Positions 10,974 through 20,105 of a stretch of DNA of 64,000 bases are shown here, piece after piece (the first letter of the stretch is position 1; each line of letters starts with the position of its first letter). The DNA lies in contig CAXXVO010000002.1 in assembly GCA_963422645.2 (NCBI GenBank), positions 172,745-236,744 on the forward strand. The letters are read 5' to 3'. The position numbers were made by a program, and so were the translations under genes. The notes under the pieces were generated by a model. It had not been told where the DNA came from, searched no databases, and saw only the letters and a program-made list of their open reading frames with translations. The DNA comes from Alphaproteobacteria bacterium (GTDB taxonomy: Bacteria > Pseudomonadota > Alphaproteobacteria > UBA828).

Positions 10974-12248
10974 TCACACCCCTTCGACGGACCCCGCATC
11001 GCTGGCCGGCTCGTAGAACACGAAGTCCTCTGCACTGAGATCGCTCACAGCCGTGTCCTGAAGCCAGATTCGGCCCCCGCCGTGGTCACTGAGATCGACG
11101 ACCGCAGCGGTCCCGAGGCTCCAGACGTGCAGGTCGTCGAATCCCGAGATCCCCTTGAACGCCGAGATGTCGATTACGTCCGCGCCGTCACCGAAGTCGG
11201 TGATCCAGTCTGACCCGTGCCCGCGGCCGAAGACGAAGGTGTCGGCGCCGGCACCGCCGGTGAGCTGGTCGTTGCCCTCGCCGCCGACCAGCAGATCGCT
11301 GTATCCGTTGTCGCCGCCTTTGAGCTTGTCGTCGCCCTCGCCGCCGAACAGCCGGTCGGGGCCGTATCCGCCTTCGATGACGTCGTTGCCTTCCTCTCCA
11401 TAGATGGCGTCGGCCCCGCTTCCGCCGTCGAGGTGATCGTCGCCCTCGCCGCCGAAGACGCGGTCTTGTCCGCCCTTGGCGAAGGCGGTGTCGTCGCCCT
11501 CACCGGTAATTTCGAGCACGCTGGCGTCTGACCCGTCGTAGGTATCGCTCGGCCGGGTGATCCAGGCGCCGCCGATAGTGATCTCGGTCGTCTCCCCGTC
11601 CGGCATCTTGAAGTCCGACGCCGAAAGTTCAGACGCGTTGCATCCCCTGAGCTCGATGGAGCCACCGAGGGCCTCGTGGGTGATCTTGACCCCGCACCCT
11701 TCCTCAATGTCCGCGATGGTAAGGTCGGAGAACCTGATCGCCTCAGGCAGCAGGCGCAGGTCGACGACGTCCTCCCCCGGCTTGAAGTCGAGGATGACGT
11801 CGTTGCCCTCATTCTCGCGGTAGACGAAGTGATCCTCGCGCGCGCCGCCGCTCAGGAGATCGTCGCCCACGCCCCCGACAATGACGTCTTCTCCACCGCC
11901 GCCTTCGAGAAAGTCGTTGCCGCTGCCGCCGATGAGACGATCCCACCCTTCGTCGCCCACGATGTGGTCGTTGCCGGAGTCGCCGAAGAGGAAGTCGTCC
12001 CCCGCACCCCCCTTGACGAAATCGTCGCCGCTGCCGCCGCGCACGATGTCGCGGTCGCCGCCGCCGTCGACGACGTCGTCGCCGGAGCCGCCGAGGACGT
12101 GATCGCGGCCGCCGCCGGCCGAGAGCGTGTCGTTGCCGCCCCCGCCTTCGAGGATGTCGTGGTCGTTGCTGCCGTTGAAGGTGTTGTTACCGCTGCCGCC
12201 GGTGCGGATGACGGACTCGTCGGTGATGGGATCCAAGGTCTTGGCCAT
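10974..12248 (-). CDS. RTX/hemolysin-type Ca-binding repeat protein (paralog 2)
   Basis: GGxGxD repeats, shared IDLRLLPEAI block, C-terminus DFVFYEPASDAGSVEGV. Confidence 0.88.
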   Translation of the reverse strand: MAKTLDPITDESVIRTGGSGNNTFNGSNDHDILEGGGGNDTLSAGGGRDHVLGGSGDDVVDGGGDRDIVRGGSGDDFVKGGAGDDFLFGDSGNDHIVGDEGWDRLIGGSGNDFLEGGGGEDVIVGGVGDDLLSGGAREDHFVYRENEGNDVILDFKPGEDVVDLRLLPEAIRFSDLTIADIEEGCGVKITHEALGGSIELRGCNASELSASDFKMPDGETTEITIGGAWITRPSDTYDGSDASVLEITGEGDDTAFAKGGQDRVFGGEGDDHLDGGSGADAIYGEEGNDVIEGGYGPDRLFGGEGDDKLKGGDNGYSDLLVGGEGNDQLTGGAGADTFVFGRGHGSDWITDFGDGADVIDISAFKGISGFDDLHVWSLGTAAVVDLSDHGGGRIWLQDTAVSDLSAEDFVFYEPASDAGSVEGV

Positions 12249-12466
12249 CGCTGCCTCCTGTAGGCTGCTCTCGATACCTGTCCCCTAAGTCGGTCCGAGC
12301 GAGGGCGATTGCCAATAGCGTTTTCCTAATGGTTCCATAAGGTTAGGCATAATGGGCGGCCGCGTTGGCATAGCCGATGGCCGGCGACGTCGTCGGCCGC
12401 CGGTCTGGGCAGAGCAGGCCTTCGCTAGACTATGCGCGCCTTAGGGTGAGTGCCGGGCTGGAGCCG

Positions 12467-13732
12467 TCAGATTCCGTCGATCGACGCTGCGTCGGCGGAC
12501 GGCTCGTAGAACACGAAGTCGTCCGCGTCGAAATCGTTTGCGTCGACGCCTTCGAGCCGGACAATGCCCCCGCCGCAGCATGCCAACTCGATCACCGTCG
12601 TCATCCCGTAGTTCTCGATGTTGACATCTTCGAAGCCGGCGATCCCTTTGAGGCTCGACAGGTCGATCAGGTCTTCGCCAAGGGCGAAGTCGGTGATCGT
12701 GTCGTCGCCGTGGTCCGGCGTGAACACGAAGGTATCGGCGCCCGTGCCGCCCGTGAGAACGTCGTCGCCTTGGCTGCCGACGAGCAGGTCGTCCTCGGTG
12801 CCGCCGTCGAGCACATCGTTGCCCTCGCCACCGAAGAGCCGGTCTCGACCAGCGCCGCCGTAGAGGCTGTCGTCGCCTTCCTCGCCGTAAATGTCGTCGA
12901 AGCCGCTCCCTCCCTCAGTGCGATCGTCGCCCTCGCCGTTCAAGACCGTGTCGGAGCCGCCATTGGCGAGGATGTGCGTACCCGCAGAGTTGTCCAATAT
13001 GACCGAGGGGCTGTCCGAGCCGCTAAAGGTATCGCTCTCATGGCCGATGATCGTGCTGCCGATCCGGATCGATGTCGTGGCTCCGTCCGCCATATCGAAG
13101 TTCGATTCCGAGAGGTCGGACGCGCTGAGGCCCCTGATCTCGATGGAGCCGTCCAGCGCCTCATGAGTGATCCGGACCCCGCTACCGTCCGCCATGTCGA
13201 CGATGGAAAGCTCGGAGAACGCGATCGCTTCCGGCAGCAGGCGCAGGTCGATCACGTCCTTCTCGACCTCGAAGTGGAAGATGAGGTCATTGCCCGCGTC
13301 TGCGTAGTAGATGAAGCAATCCGCGCCGGCGCCGCCGACCATCAGGTCGTCGCCCGCCCCGCCCACGATGATGTCGTCGCCGTCACCGCCATGAATGGTG
13401 TCGTTGCCCTCGTCGCCCCACAGGCGATCGTCGCCGCCGTCACCGTGGAGGGCGTCCGCGCCGCTATCGCCACGCAGGAAGTCTCGGTCCGCGCCACCGG
13501 AGAGCACATCGTCGCCGCTCCCGCCACGCAGGTAGTCGCGACCGGCACCGCCGCCCACGACGTCGTCACCCGACCCCCCGAGCACGACATCGTGGCCGGC
13601 GCCGCCTACGAGATGGTCGAGATTGCTCCCGCCCTCGATGATGTCGTTGCCCTTGCCGCCGTTAATCTCGTCGTCGTGCGCGCCGCCGATGAGGATATCG
13701 TCGCGCTCCGTCGCTTCGCCCGTGTTGGCCAT
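12467..13732 (-). CDS. RTX/hemolysin-type Ca-binding repeat protein (paralog 1)
   Basis: GGxGxD repeats, C-terminus DFVFYEPSADAASIDGI. Confidence 0.88.
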   Translation of the reverse strand: MANTGEATERDDILIGGAHDDEINGGKGNDIIEGGSNLDHLVGGAGHDVVLGGSGDDVVGGGAGRDYLRGGSGDDVLSGGADRDFLRGDSGADALHGDGGDDRLWGDEGNDTIHGGDGDDIIVGGAGDDLMVGGAGADCFIYYADAGNDLIFHFEVEKDVIDLRLLPEAIAFSELSIVDMADGSGVRITHEALDGSIEIRGLSASDLSESNFDMADGATTSIRIGSTIIGHESDTFSGSDSPSVILDNSAGTHILANGGSDTVLNGEGDDRTEGGSGFDDIYGEEGDDSLYGGAGRDRLFGGEGNDVLDGGTEDDLLVGSQGDDVLTGGTGADTFVFTPDHGDDTITDFALGEDLIDLSSLKGIAGFEDVNIENYGMTTVIELACCGGGIVRLEGVDANDFDADDFVFYEPSADAASIDGI

Positions 13733-13987
13733 GGCGCACTCCTGTGGTCAGCGTATCGCGTCTCACCGGGAGGTCGGCCCGGGCGGGAGCCATGTCCAAT
13801 ATGCTTTTCCTGTGGGTTCCATAAGCGCGGCCGGCCTAGAGCGTATCCGCTATACGCGGAAACGCTCTCGCGTCTTGTCGCTCACGGCAGTCGGCCTGCG
13901 GCCGGCGCCTCCGCGAGGGCGCCGCTAACGCGGCGGGCCGCGGTCGCGGCCTGTCGCGCGTCCGTCAAAGACGGACGCGCTCTAGCC

Positions 13988-15184
13988 TCAGCTCTCGGGC
14001 CCGGGCGCCGCGTCGATGCGGGGCCGGGTGAGGCGGGGCCAGTAGGCCGCGAGGAAGAGGGCGAAGGCGCCCGACCAGAGCAAGGCCGAAGCGGCGAGGG
14101 CGTGAGGCTCGGCCTCCGCGCCGGAGAGCGGGCCGAAGACCCGCAGCGCCGCGCCGAGGTGAACCAGAACGTACGCCGTCAACTCCGCGCGGCCTGCGGC
14201 GAGCGGCCGGCCGCTATGGCCGAGCGCGCTCCGCGTCATCATCCCCAGCATGAGCCCGCCCATCGTGCCCGCGCCCAGCGCGTGATAGGCCGCAGCCGGC
14301 GGCACGCTGACATCGGCGAGCCAGAGCGCGCGCAGGATCAGCGCCGCCGGCAGCCAGGCGTAGGAGAGTGGCAGCACCCAGAGCAGCGGCTCGCGCAGCG
14401 TCGCCGCCGGGTCCCAGAGCCAGAGCCGCACGCCATGCGCGAGCGCGCCGAGCGCCGCCACCGCGACCAGCCACGCTCCGCCCGGCACCCAGTCGCCGAG
14501 CGCGCCCGCGACCAGGAGGATGGCAAGCGTGGCGAAGGCCGTAATCTCGACGTAGGCGTTCCGCCGCGGCCGGGCCGCCGGCACCGCGTTGGCGGTGAAC
14601 GCCGGGATCACCCGCCCCGCCATCAGCGTGACCAGCAGCGCGAAGAGATCCAGTCCCAGCAGCGCGCCGCCGTTCGCGCGGGGAAGCGCGATGAAGTCCG
14701 CGTGGTCCAAGTGGAAGAGCAGGTTGGTCGTGCCGAGCAGCGCCGGCACCGCCGCGACGGGCAGGTTCCGATGGTTGCGCGCCTTCAGGACCGGCAGCGC
14801 CACCACGAGCGAGACGCAGGGCAGGAACAGGCAGTCCACGACGATGGCCGGGATCGCCGGCCCGGTCGCGACCAGCACCCGGCCTGCCACCCAGAGCCCC
14901 GCCAGCGCCGCGAGTCGCCAGCCGGTAGGCGTCGCGAGCCCCGTCCACGCCCGCGCCGCCGTCAGCAGGAAGCCCGTCAGCACCGCCGCAGCGAAGCCAA
15001 AAACCATCTCGTGCGCGTGCCACGGGGGCCCCGCAAGGTAGGGTTCGCCCGGCAGCACATCCCCCGGCGCAAAGTGCCAGATGGGCAGTGCGAACGCCGC
15101 AAACGCCCCTGCCAGCAGATAGAAGGGCCGAAAGCCCATGGTGAGGAGTGGGATCTGCAACCATGACCCAGGCGCCCCTTTCAT
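13988..15184 (-). CDS. nnrS: NnrS family protein (NO response)
   Basis: GFRPFYL, WHAHEMVFGF, GFLLTA..WTG, GRVIPAFT, MMTRSALGHSGR motifs; start codon uncertain. Confidence 0.9.
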   Translation of the reverse strand: MKGAPGSWLQIPLLTMGFRPFYLLAGAFAAFALPIWHFAPGDVLPGEPYLAGPPWHAHEMVFGFAAAVLTGFLLTAARAWTGLATPTGWRLAALAGLWVAGRVLVATGPAIPAIVVDCLFLPCVSLVVALPVLKARNHRNLPVAAVPALLGTTNLLFHLDHADFIALPRANGGALLGLDLFALLVTLMAGRVIPAFTANAVPAARPRRNAYVEITAFATLAILLVAGALGDWVPGGAWLVAVAALGALAHGVRLWLWDPAATLREPLLWVLPLSYAWLPAALILRALWLADVSVPPAAAYHALGAGTMGGLMLGMMTRSALGHSGRPLAAGRAELTAYVLVHLGAALRVFGPLSGAEAEPHALAASALLWSGAFALFLAAYWPRLTRPRIDAAPGPES

Positions 15185-15199
15185 TGCCGAGACATAGGC

Positions 15200-15219
15200 T
15201 GACCAGCGCGCGCTGGTCA
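15200..15219. promoter_or_regulatory. Perfect 20-bp palindrome upstream of nnrS
   Basis: tgaccagcgc|gcgctggtca; function unknown. Confidence 0.4.
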
Positions 15220-15387
15220 AATTCGTTCATTGCTTGTAACTACCCAGGTACCCCGCCGCCAGTTCTGAGTGCGTGCTGATGTTGCTTGCCGTCGGTGCCG
15301 TTTCGCCGTCGGCGCGTCGTTGATCCCCGCTTGACTGTATAGGTTCTCTCGCCTATGGGTTGCACTCTCGCATGAGAGGAGCAGCCG

Positions 15388-16056
15388 GTGGGGTATTTCG
15401 GGTCGAAGGCGACGACCGGTCTGAGCCAGGCGCTGATTGCGCTGATGCCGCCGCACTCTGTCTATATCGAGAGCCATCTTGGGGGCGGGGCGCTGATGAA
15501 GCGCAAGCCTGCGGCCATGCGCTCGATCGGGATCGACCGCGACGAGCGGGCGCTTGAGGCCTTTGGCTGCGACTACCCGGTGGAGTTGGTGCCCGGCTGC
15601 GCCCATTCCTTCCTGGCCTCGTTCCCGTTTCTGGGCCCGGAGCTGGTCTACAGCGATCCGCCCTATCTGCACGCGACCCGGCGTTCGTCGCAGCGCTACC
15701 GCTTCGAGTACGAGGAGGCCGACCACGTCGCGCTCCTCGAACTGCTCAAGGGTCTGCCCTGCCAGGTGATGGTCTCGGGCCACCCGTCTGCGCTCTATGA
15801 CGAGCTGCTGGCGGGCTGGCGCCGGCTGGCGCTGCAGGTGACGACCCAGGCCCAGGTGCGGACCGAGGTCGTGTGGTTCAACTTCGCGCCTGACCGGGTG
15901 CACTGGGCGAGCTTCGCCGGCCGGAACTTCACCGAGCGCCAGTGCATCAAGCGCAAGGCGGCCAACTGGGGCCGGCGCTACGAGGCCATGCCGGCGGGCG
16001 AACGCCTGGCGGTGCTGGCCGCGATCATGGCCGTCGAGGCCGACGAGGGTTCGTGA
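15388..16056 (+). CDS. Dam-like (D12-class) DNA adenine methyltransferase within IS66
   Basis: YFGSK (motif X-like), YIESHLGGGA (motif I), GID, YSDPPY (motif IV), VMVSG, RTEVVWFNF. Confidence 0.82.
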   Translation: MGYFGSKATTGLSQALIALMPPHSVYIESHLGGGALMKRKPAAMRSIGIDRDERALEAFGCDYPVELVPGCAHSFLASFPFLGPELVYSDPPYLHATRRSSQRYRFEYEEADHVALLELLKGLPCQVMVSGHPSALYDELLAGWRRLALQVTTQAQVRTEVVWFNFAPDRVHWASFAGRNFTERQCIKRKAANWGRRYEAMPAGERLAVLAAIMAVEADEGS

Positions 16057-17332
16057 CAGTGTCGCGCTGGCACGAGGACCTCGCTGCCCACGACGAGGCC
16101 TTCGCGTGCCTGCAGGACCTTTTCACCCCACAATCCTTCGCAATGACCGCCGTCAAAGCCATTCGGGAATGGGGCCAGAGGTTGCTGCGCCTGAGCGCTG
16201 AGCGCGGCCCTGGTCAAGGAGAACGACGCGCTGGAGCGGGAGAACGCCCGCTTGCGCGAGCGGATCGCCGAACTCGAGCGCAGCGCCGCGCTCGACAGCA
16301 CCACCAGCTCCAAGCCGCCGGCCAGCGACGGTCTGAAGAAGAAGAGCGGTGACCGGGAGAAGCGCACCCGGAGCCAGCGCGGCAAGTCCGACAGGCCCAG
16401 TGGCGGCCAGCCGGGCCACAAGGGAACTACCCTGGAGCGGACCGCGACGCCCGACCATGTCGTCGATCATGATCCGTCCGCCTGTGAGGGCTGCGGCGCG
16501 CCGCTGTCGGACGCTGACCGTCACGGAGCCCCCGTCTGCCGGCAGGTCTTCGATGTGCCCGAGCCGCAGCCCCTCGAGGTCACCGAACATCGCGGCCATC
16601 GTTGCCTCTGCGCTGCCTGCGGCACCGTGACGACAGCCGTCTTCCCGAACGGCGTGAGCGCACCGGTCCAATACGGGCCGCGCATCACCGCGTGGGTGAC
16701 CTACCTGCTGCACGCTCAGTTCATTCCCGAGAAGCGGGTCGCCGAGGTCATGAGCGACCTCTTCGCGGTCAAGCTCTCAACAGCCACCATCGTCGCCATG
16801 GGAAGGCGCACCGCCCGGCGCTTCGAGGGCTTCCTCGATCGCCTCGCGGAGATCATCCGCACCGCAGCCCCAGTCAAACACCTCGACGAGACCGGCATCC
16901 GCATCGCCGCCCGGACCCATTGGCTCCATGTGCTGTGCACCCCGTTGCTCACCATCCTGCGCGTCGCCACCGGGCGCAGCCACATCGACGAGAAGCTCAA
17001 CGGCATCGTCATCCATGACGACTACGCCACCTACTTCGCTCTCGAGGGCGTGCGCCACGGGGCCTGCAACGCCCATCACCTGCGCGAGCTCCAAGCCCTC
17101 ATCGAGATCGAGAAGGAAGACTGGGCAACGAGCACGCACCGGCTCCTCATCCGTGCCAACAGAGCCGCCCGCTTCGCCCACAAGAACGACCGCGACGTGC
17201 CCGCCTCACTGGTGGCCCGCATCTCGCGAGCCTGGGACCGCATCCTCGAACGTGCCATCGCCTCTCACGAAGAAATGCCACCGCTCCAGACCGGAAAGCG
17301 CGGACGACAAAAGCGCCGCATCGGTCACAACC
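16053..17332 (+). pseudogene. IS66 TnpC transposase, frameshifted and truncated
   Basis: GTG start overlaps the MTase TGA; SSKPPASD, GGQPGH, Zn-finger CxxC, HLDETG, CNAHHLREL; 7-bp duplication at 16191-16204. Confidence 0.85.
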
Positions 17333-17421
17333 TCAGACTTCCTGACCTCTGCTGATTTTAGGTGACACGAGCCGCGCGGATTCCGAGGCCCCGTCGATGT
17401 CGTAGACTATGCGCAGACGGG
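17333..17421 (-). mobile_element. 89-bp terminal stub of element X, cut by IS21
   Basis: Identical to the element X terminus; followed by a TGTTG IS21-like end. Confidence 0.88.
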
Positions 17422-17598
17422 TGTTGTTAAGCGGTAACTGCCCAGGTACCCCCTCTCTCTTATGGAACAAGCCAGTTCCTTTTGCGTCAACGCCCCCACG
17501 CCGCGGGGGTGCCTACTCTCTTGAGCGCGAGAGGATGATGAACGCCGCGTCGCGAACAAGATGAGAGGACAGCGATACTCAGGATGAGCCGGAGAAGT

Positions 17599-19137
17599 TC
17601 AGGAGCGCAGTATAGGGATCAGCTGCATCGGTTCCGGGTGCGCCAGGATTTGCAGGATGTTCCAGCCTTGCTTTCGAGCGGTGACGATGACGCTGCGCAT
17701 TCCGGCGAAGTTGCAGGCGCCTTGCAGGGAGCGGAAGCCGCCTGAGATCTTCTCATGCACTTTGTTCATACGGATGTCACGCTCCGCCTCGTTATTCGTG
17801 AACGGCGTGCGCAGGTCGGTGAGGAAGCGCAGGCAGCCCTCCTTATGCTTTTGAAGGCGGCGCGCGAGGTTGTGGCCGATGCGGCGTTTCTTTCGCCCTC
17901 GCTTTGCGATCTGGAGCGGCGGTTGGGCCTCATGGAAGGCGATGGCTTCTTCGAGGATACGGTCCCATGCCCTTGAGATGCGGGCCACCAGGGAGGCGGG
18001 GACTTGACGGTCTTTCTCACGGGCGAAGCGGGCGGCCCTGCGCGCGCGCTGAAGCAGGCGGTGCATGCTCGCCGCCCATTCCTCCTTCTCGATGTCGATC
18101 AGGGCCTGGAGTTCGCGCAGGTGATGTGCGTTGCAGGCGCCGTGGCGGACGCCCTTGATGGTGAAGTAGGGGGCGAAGTCGTCGTGGACGAGGATGCCTT
18201 TCAGGTTCTTTTCGACATCGCCGCGTCCCTCGCCGATGCGCAGGACGGTGAGCAACGGGGTGCACAGCACATGGAGCCAGCGGGTACGGGCGGCGATACG
18301 CAGGCCGGTCTCGTCGAGGTGCTTGACCGGCGCCTGCGTGCGGATCAGATCGGCGACATGGTCGAGGAAGCCCTCGAAGCGCTGCGCTGTGCGCCGGCCC
18401 ATGGCGGCGATCGTGGCAGTGGAGATGGACACCGCGAAGATGTCGCTCATGAGTTCGGCCAGACGCTTCTCGGGCACGAACTGGGCGTACAGCAGGTAAC
18501 TCACCCAAGCGGTGATGCGAGGGCCGTACTGGACCGGGGCGGTGACGCCCGGCGGGAAGGCGGCTCGTGTCAGCGTGCCGCATGCGCCGCAGAGGCAGCG
18601 ATGGGCGCGGTGTTCGGTGACCTCGAGAGGCTGCGGCTCGGGTACGTCGAAGACCTGCCGACAGGCGGGCGCGCCTTGCCGGTCGGCGTCCGAGAGCTCG
18701 ACGCCACAGCCGGAACAGGTGGAGGGGTGGTGATCGACGACACGGTCCGGGCTGTCGCTCCGCGCGAGGGTGGTTCCCTTGTGGCCGGGCTGGCCGCCAC
18801 TGGGCCCGCCGGACTTTCCGCGCTGGCTTTGGGTGCGCCTCTGGGCTCCGCTTTTCTTCTTGAGCCCGTCGCTGGCGGGGGGCTTGCTGCTTGTGGTGCT
18901 GTTGAGGGCCGCGCTGCGCTCGAGTTCGGCGATGCGCTCGCGCAGGGCCGCGTTCTCCTGCTCGAGTGCGGCATTTTCCCGGGCGAGCGCGGTGGCTGAT
19001 CGCAGCAGCCCCTGCCCCCATTCCCGGACGGCAACGACGACAGTGGTTGCGAGGGATGATGGCTCGAGAAGCTCCTTCAGGCAGCAGAAGGCCTCGTTAC
19101 GGGCGGCGAGGTCTTCGTGCCAGTGCGACACCGTCAC
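17599..19137 (-). CDS. IS66 TnpC DDE transposase
   Basis: HLDETG, HDDF, CNAHHLREL, FTNNEAERDIR, KISGGFRS; GTG start coupled to the MTase stop. Confidence 0.9.
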   Translation of the reverse strand: MTVSHWHEDLAARNEAFCCLKELLEPSSLATTVVVAVREWGQGLLRSATALARENAALEQENAALRERIAELERSAALNSTTSSKPPASDGLKKKSGAQRRTQSQRGKSGGPSGGQPGHKGTTLARSDSPDRVVDHHPSTCSGCGVELSDADRQGAPACRQVFDVPEPQPLEVTEHRAHRCLCGACGTLTRAAFPPGVTAPVQYGPRITAWVSYLLYAQFVPEKRLAELMSDIFAVSISTATIAAMGRRTAQRFEGFLDHVADLIRTQAPVKHLDETGLRIAARTRWLHVLCTPLLTVLRIGEGRGDVEKNLKGILVHDDFAPYFTIKGVRHGACNAHHLRELQALIDIEKEEWAASMHRLLQRARRAARFAREKDRQVPASLVARISRAWDRILEEAIAFHEAQPPLQIAKRGRKKRRIGHNLARRLQKHKEGCLRFLTDLRTPFTNNEAERDIRMNKVHEKISGGFRSLQGACNFAGMRSVIVTARKQGWNILQILAHPEPMQLIPILRS

Positions 19138-19799
19138 GTGTCTTCGGCCTCGACGGCCATCATGGCGGCGAGCACGGCGAGGCGTTCGCCCGGCGGCAAG
19201 GCCTGGTAGCGCCGGCCCCAGTTGGCTGCCTTGCGCTTGATGCGCTGGCGGTCGGTGAAGTTCCGGCCTGCGTGGCTGGCCCAATGCATCCGGTCGGGGG
19301 CGTAGTTGAACCAGACGACCTCGGTTCGCACCAGACCCTGGGTCGTGACCTGCAGCGCCAGCCGGCGCCATCCCGCCAGCACCTCGTCATAGAGCGCCGA
19401 CGGATGGCCCGAGATCATGACCTGGCAGGGCAGAGCCTTGAGCAGCGCGAGAAGCGCGACGTGGCCGGCCTCCTCGTACTCGAAGCGGTAGCGCTGCGCC
19501 GAGCGGCGGGTCGCGTGCAGATAGGGCGGATCGCTGTAAACCAGCTCCGGGCCCAGGAACGGGAACGAGGCCAGGAAGTCATGGGCACAGCCGTGAACCA
19601 GATCGACCGGGTAGTCGCAGACGAAGGCCTCGAGCGCCTGCGCATCGCGGTCGATGCCGATCGAACGCACGGCCGGCGGCTTGCGCTTCATCAGCGCCCC
19701 GCCCCCAAGGTGGCTTTCGATGTAGACGGAGTGCGGCGGCATCAGCGCAATCAGCGCTTGGCACAGACCTGCTGTCGCCTTCGAGCCGAAATACCCCAT
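19134..19799 (-). CDS. Dam-like DNA adenine methyltransferase within IS66
   Basis: YFGSK, ESHLGGGA, DPPY. Confidence 0.82.
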   Translation of the reverse strand: MGYFGSKATAGLCQALIALMPPHSVYIESHLGGGALMKRKPPAVRSIGIDRDAQALEAFVCDYPVDLVHGCAHDFLASFPFLGPELVYSDPPYLHATRRSAQRYRFEYEEAGHVALLALLKALPCQVMISGHPSALYDEVLAGWRRLALQVTTQGLVRTEVVWFNYAPDRMHWASHAGRNFTDRQRIKRKAANWGRRYQALPPGERLAVLAAMMAVEAEDT

Positions 19800-20105
19800 G
19801 GACCGCTCCCGTCACGCGAGAGAGCAGTCCATAGTCCCGCAACTCTATGAGGTCAAGAACCAATCGCGGTGGCAGAACCAGGCCGCGGCCGCCGCCATAA
19901 TCACCGTCCTCAACTCAGGATTGGGGTACCTGGGTAGTTACGTTAAGCGTGGAAAAGTGACCCCCTATTGGGGCGTTTCCCGTCAAGCTCGATTTTCAAT
20001 AGATCATTGTCGCGCCAATCAGTTGTTTTCCTGGCGTGGTGTAGGGGCTCCTTCGGCCTGGCTATGAGGCGCCGGGTGAGGCGCGGAGGAGGTTGCCGGT
20101 GTCAG

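Larger units (their letters stand above)
15236..17332 (+). mobile_element. IS66-M variant 1 (methyltransferase + tnpC), 3' truncated by element X
   Basis: IRL GTAACTACCCAGGTACCCC; same gene layout as 53390-55897 but diverged in sequence. Confidence 0.88.
17434..19941 (-). mobile_element. IS66-M variant 2, complete (2508 bp)
   Basis: 19-bp TIRs GTAACT(A/G)CCCAGGTACCCC; 8-bp TSD GTTAAGCG; same length and proteins as 53390-55897. Confidence 0.93.

Noticed and set aside
12426-12437. TAGACTATGCGC match to the element X hotspot
   Set aside because: Isolated 12-mer with no element nearby; plausibly chance
12377-15166. 929-aa + strand ORF, and similar long ORFs (47910-50687, 57716-60643, 40570-42375)
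   Set aside because: Antisense shadows of real GC-rich genes; no motifs
15200-15220. FNR/NnrR box upstream of nnrS
   Set aside because: Spacing does not fit TTG-N8-CAA; kept only as an unexplained palindrome
15388-16056. Restriction-modification system
   Set aside because: No endonuclease is adjacent to any MTase copy
17599-19371. 590-aa TnpC start, or an MTase-TnpC fusion
   Set aside because: The extension is an alternative frame of the MTase; the GTG overlapping the MTase stop is conserved in both variants
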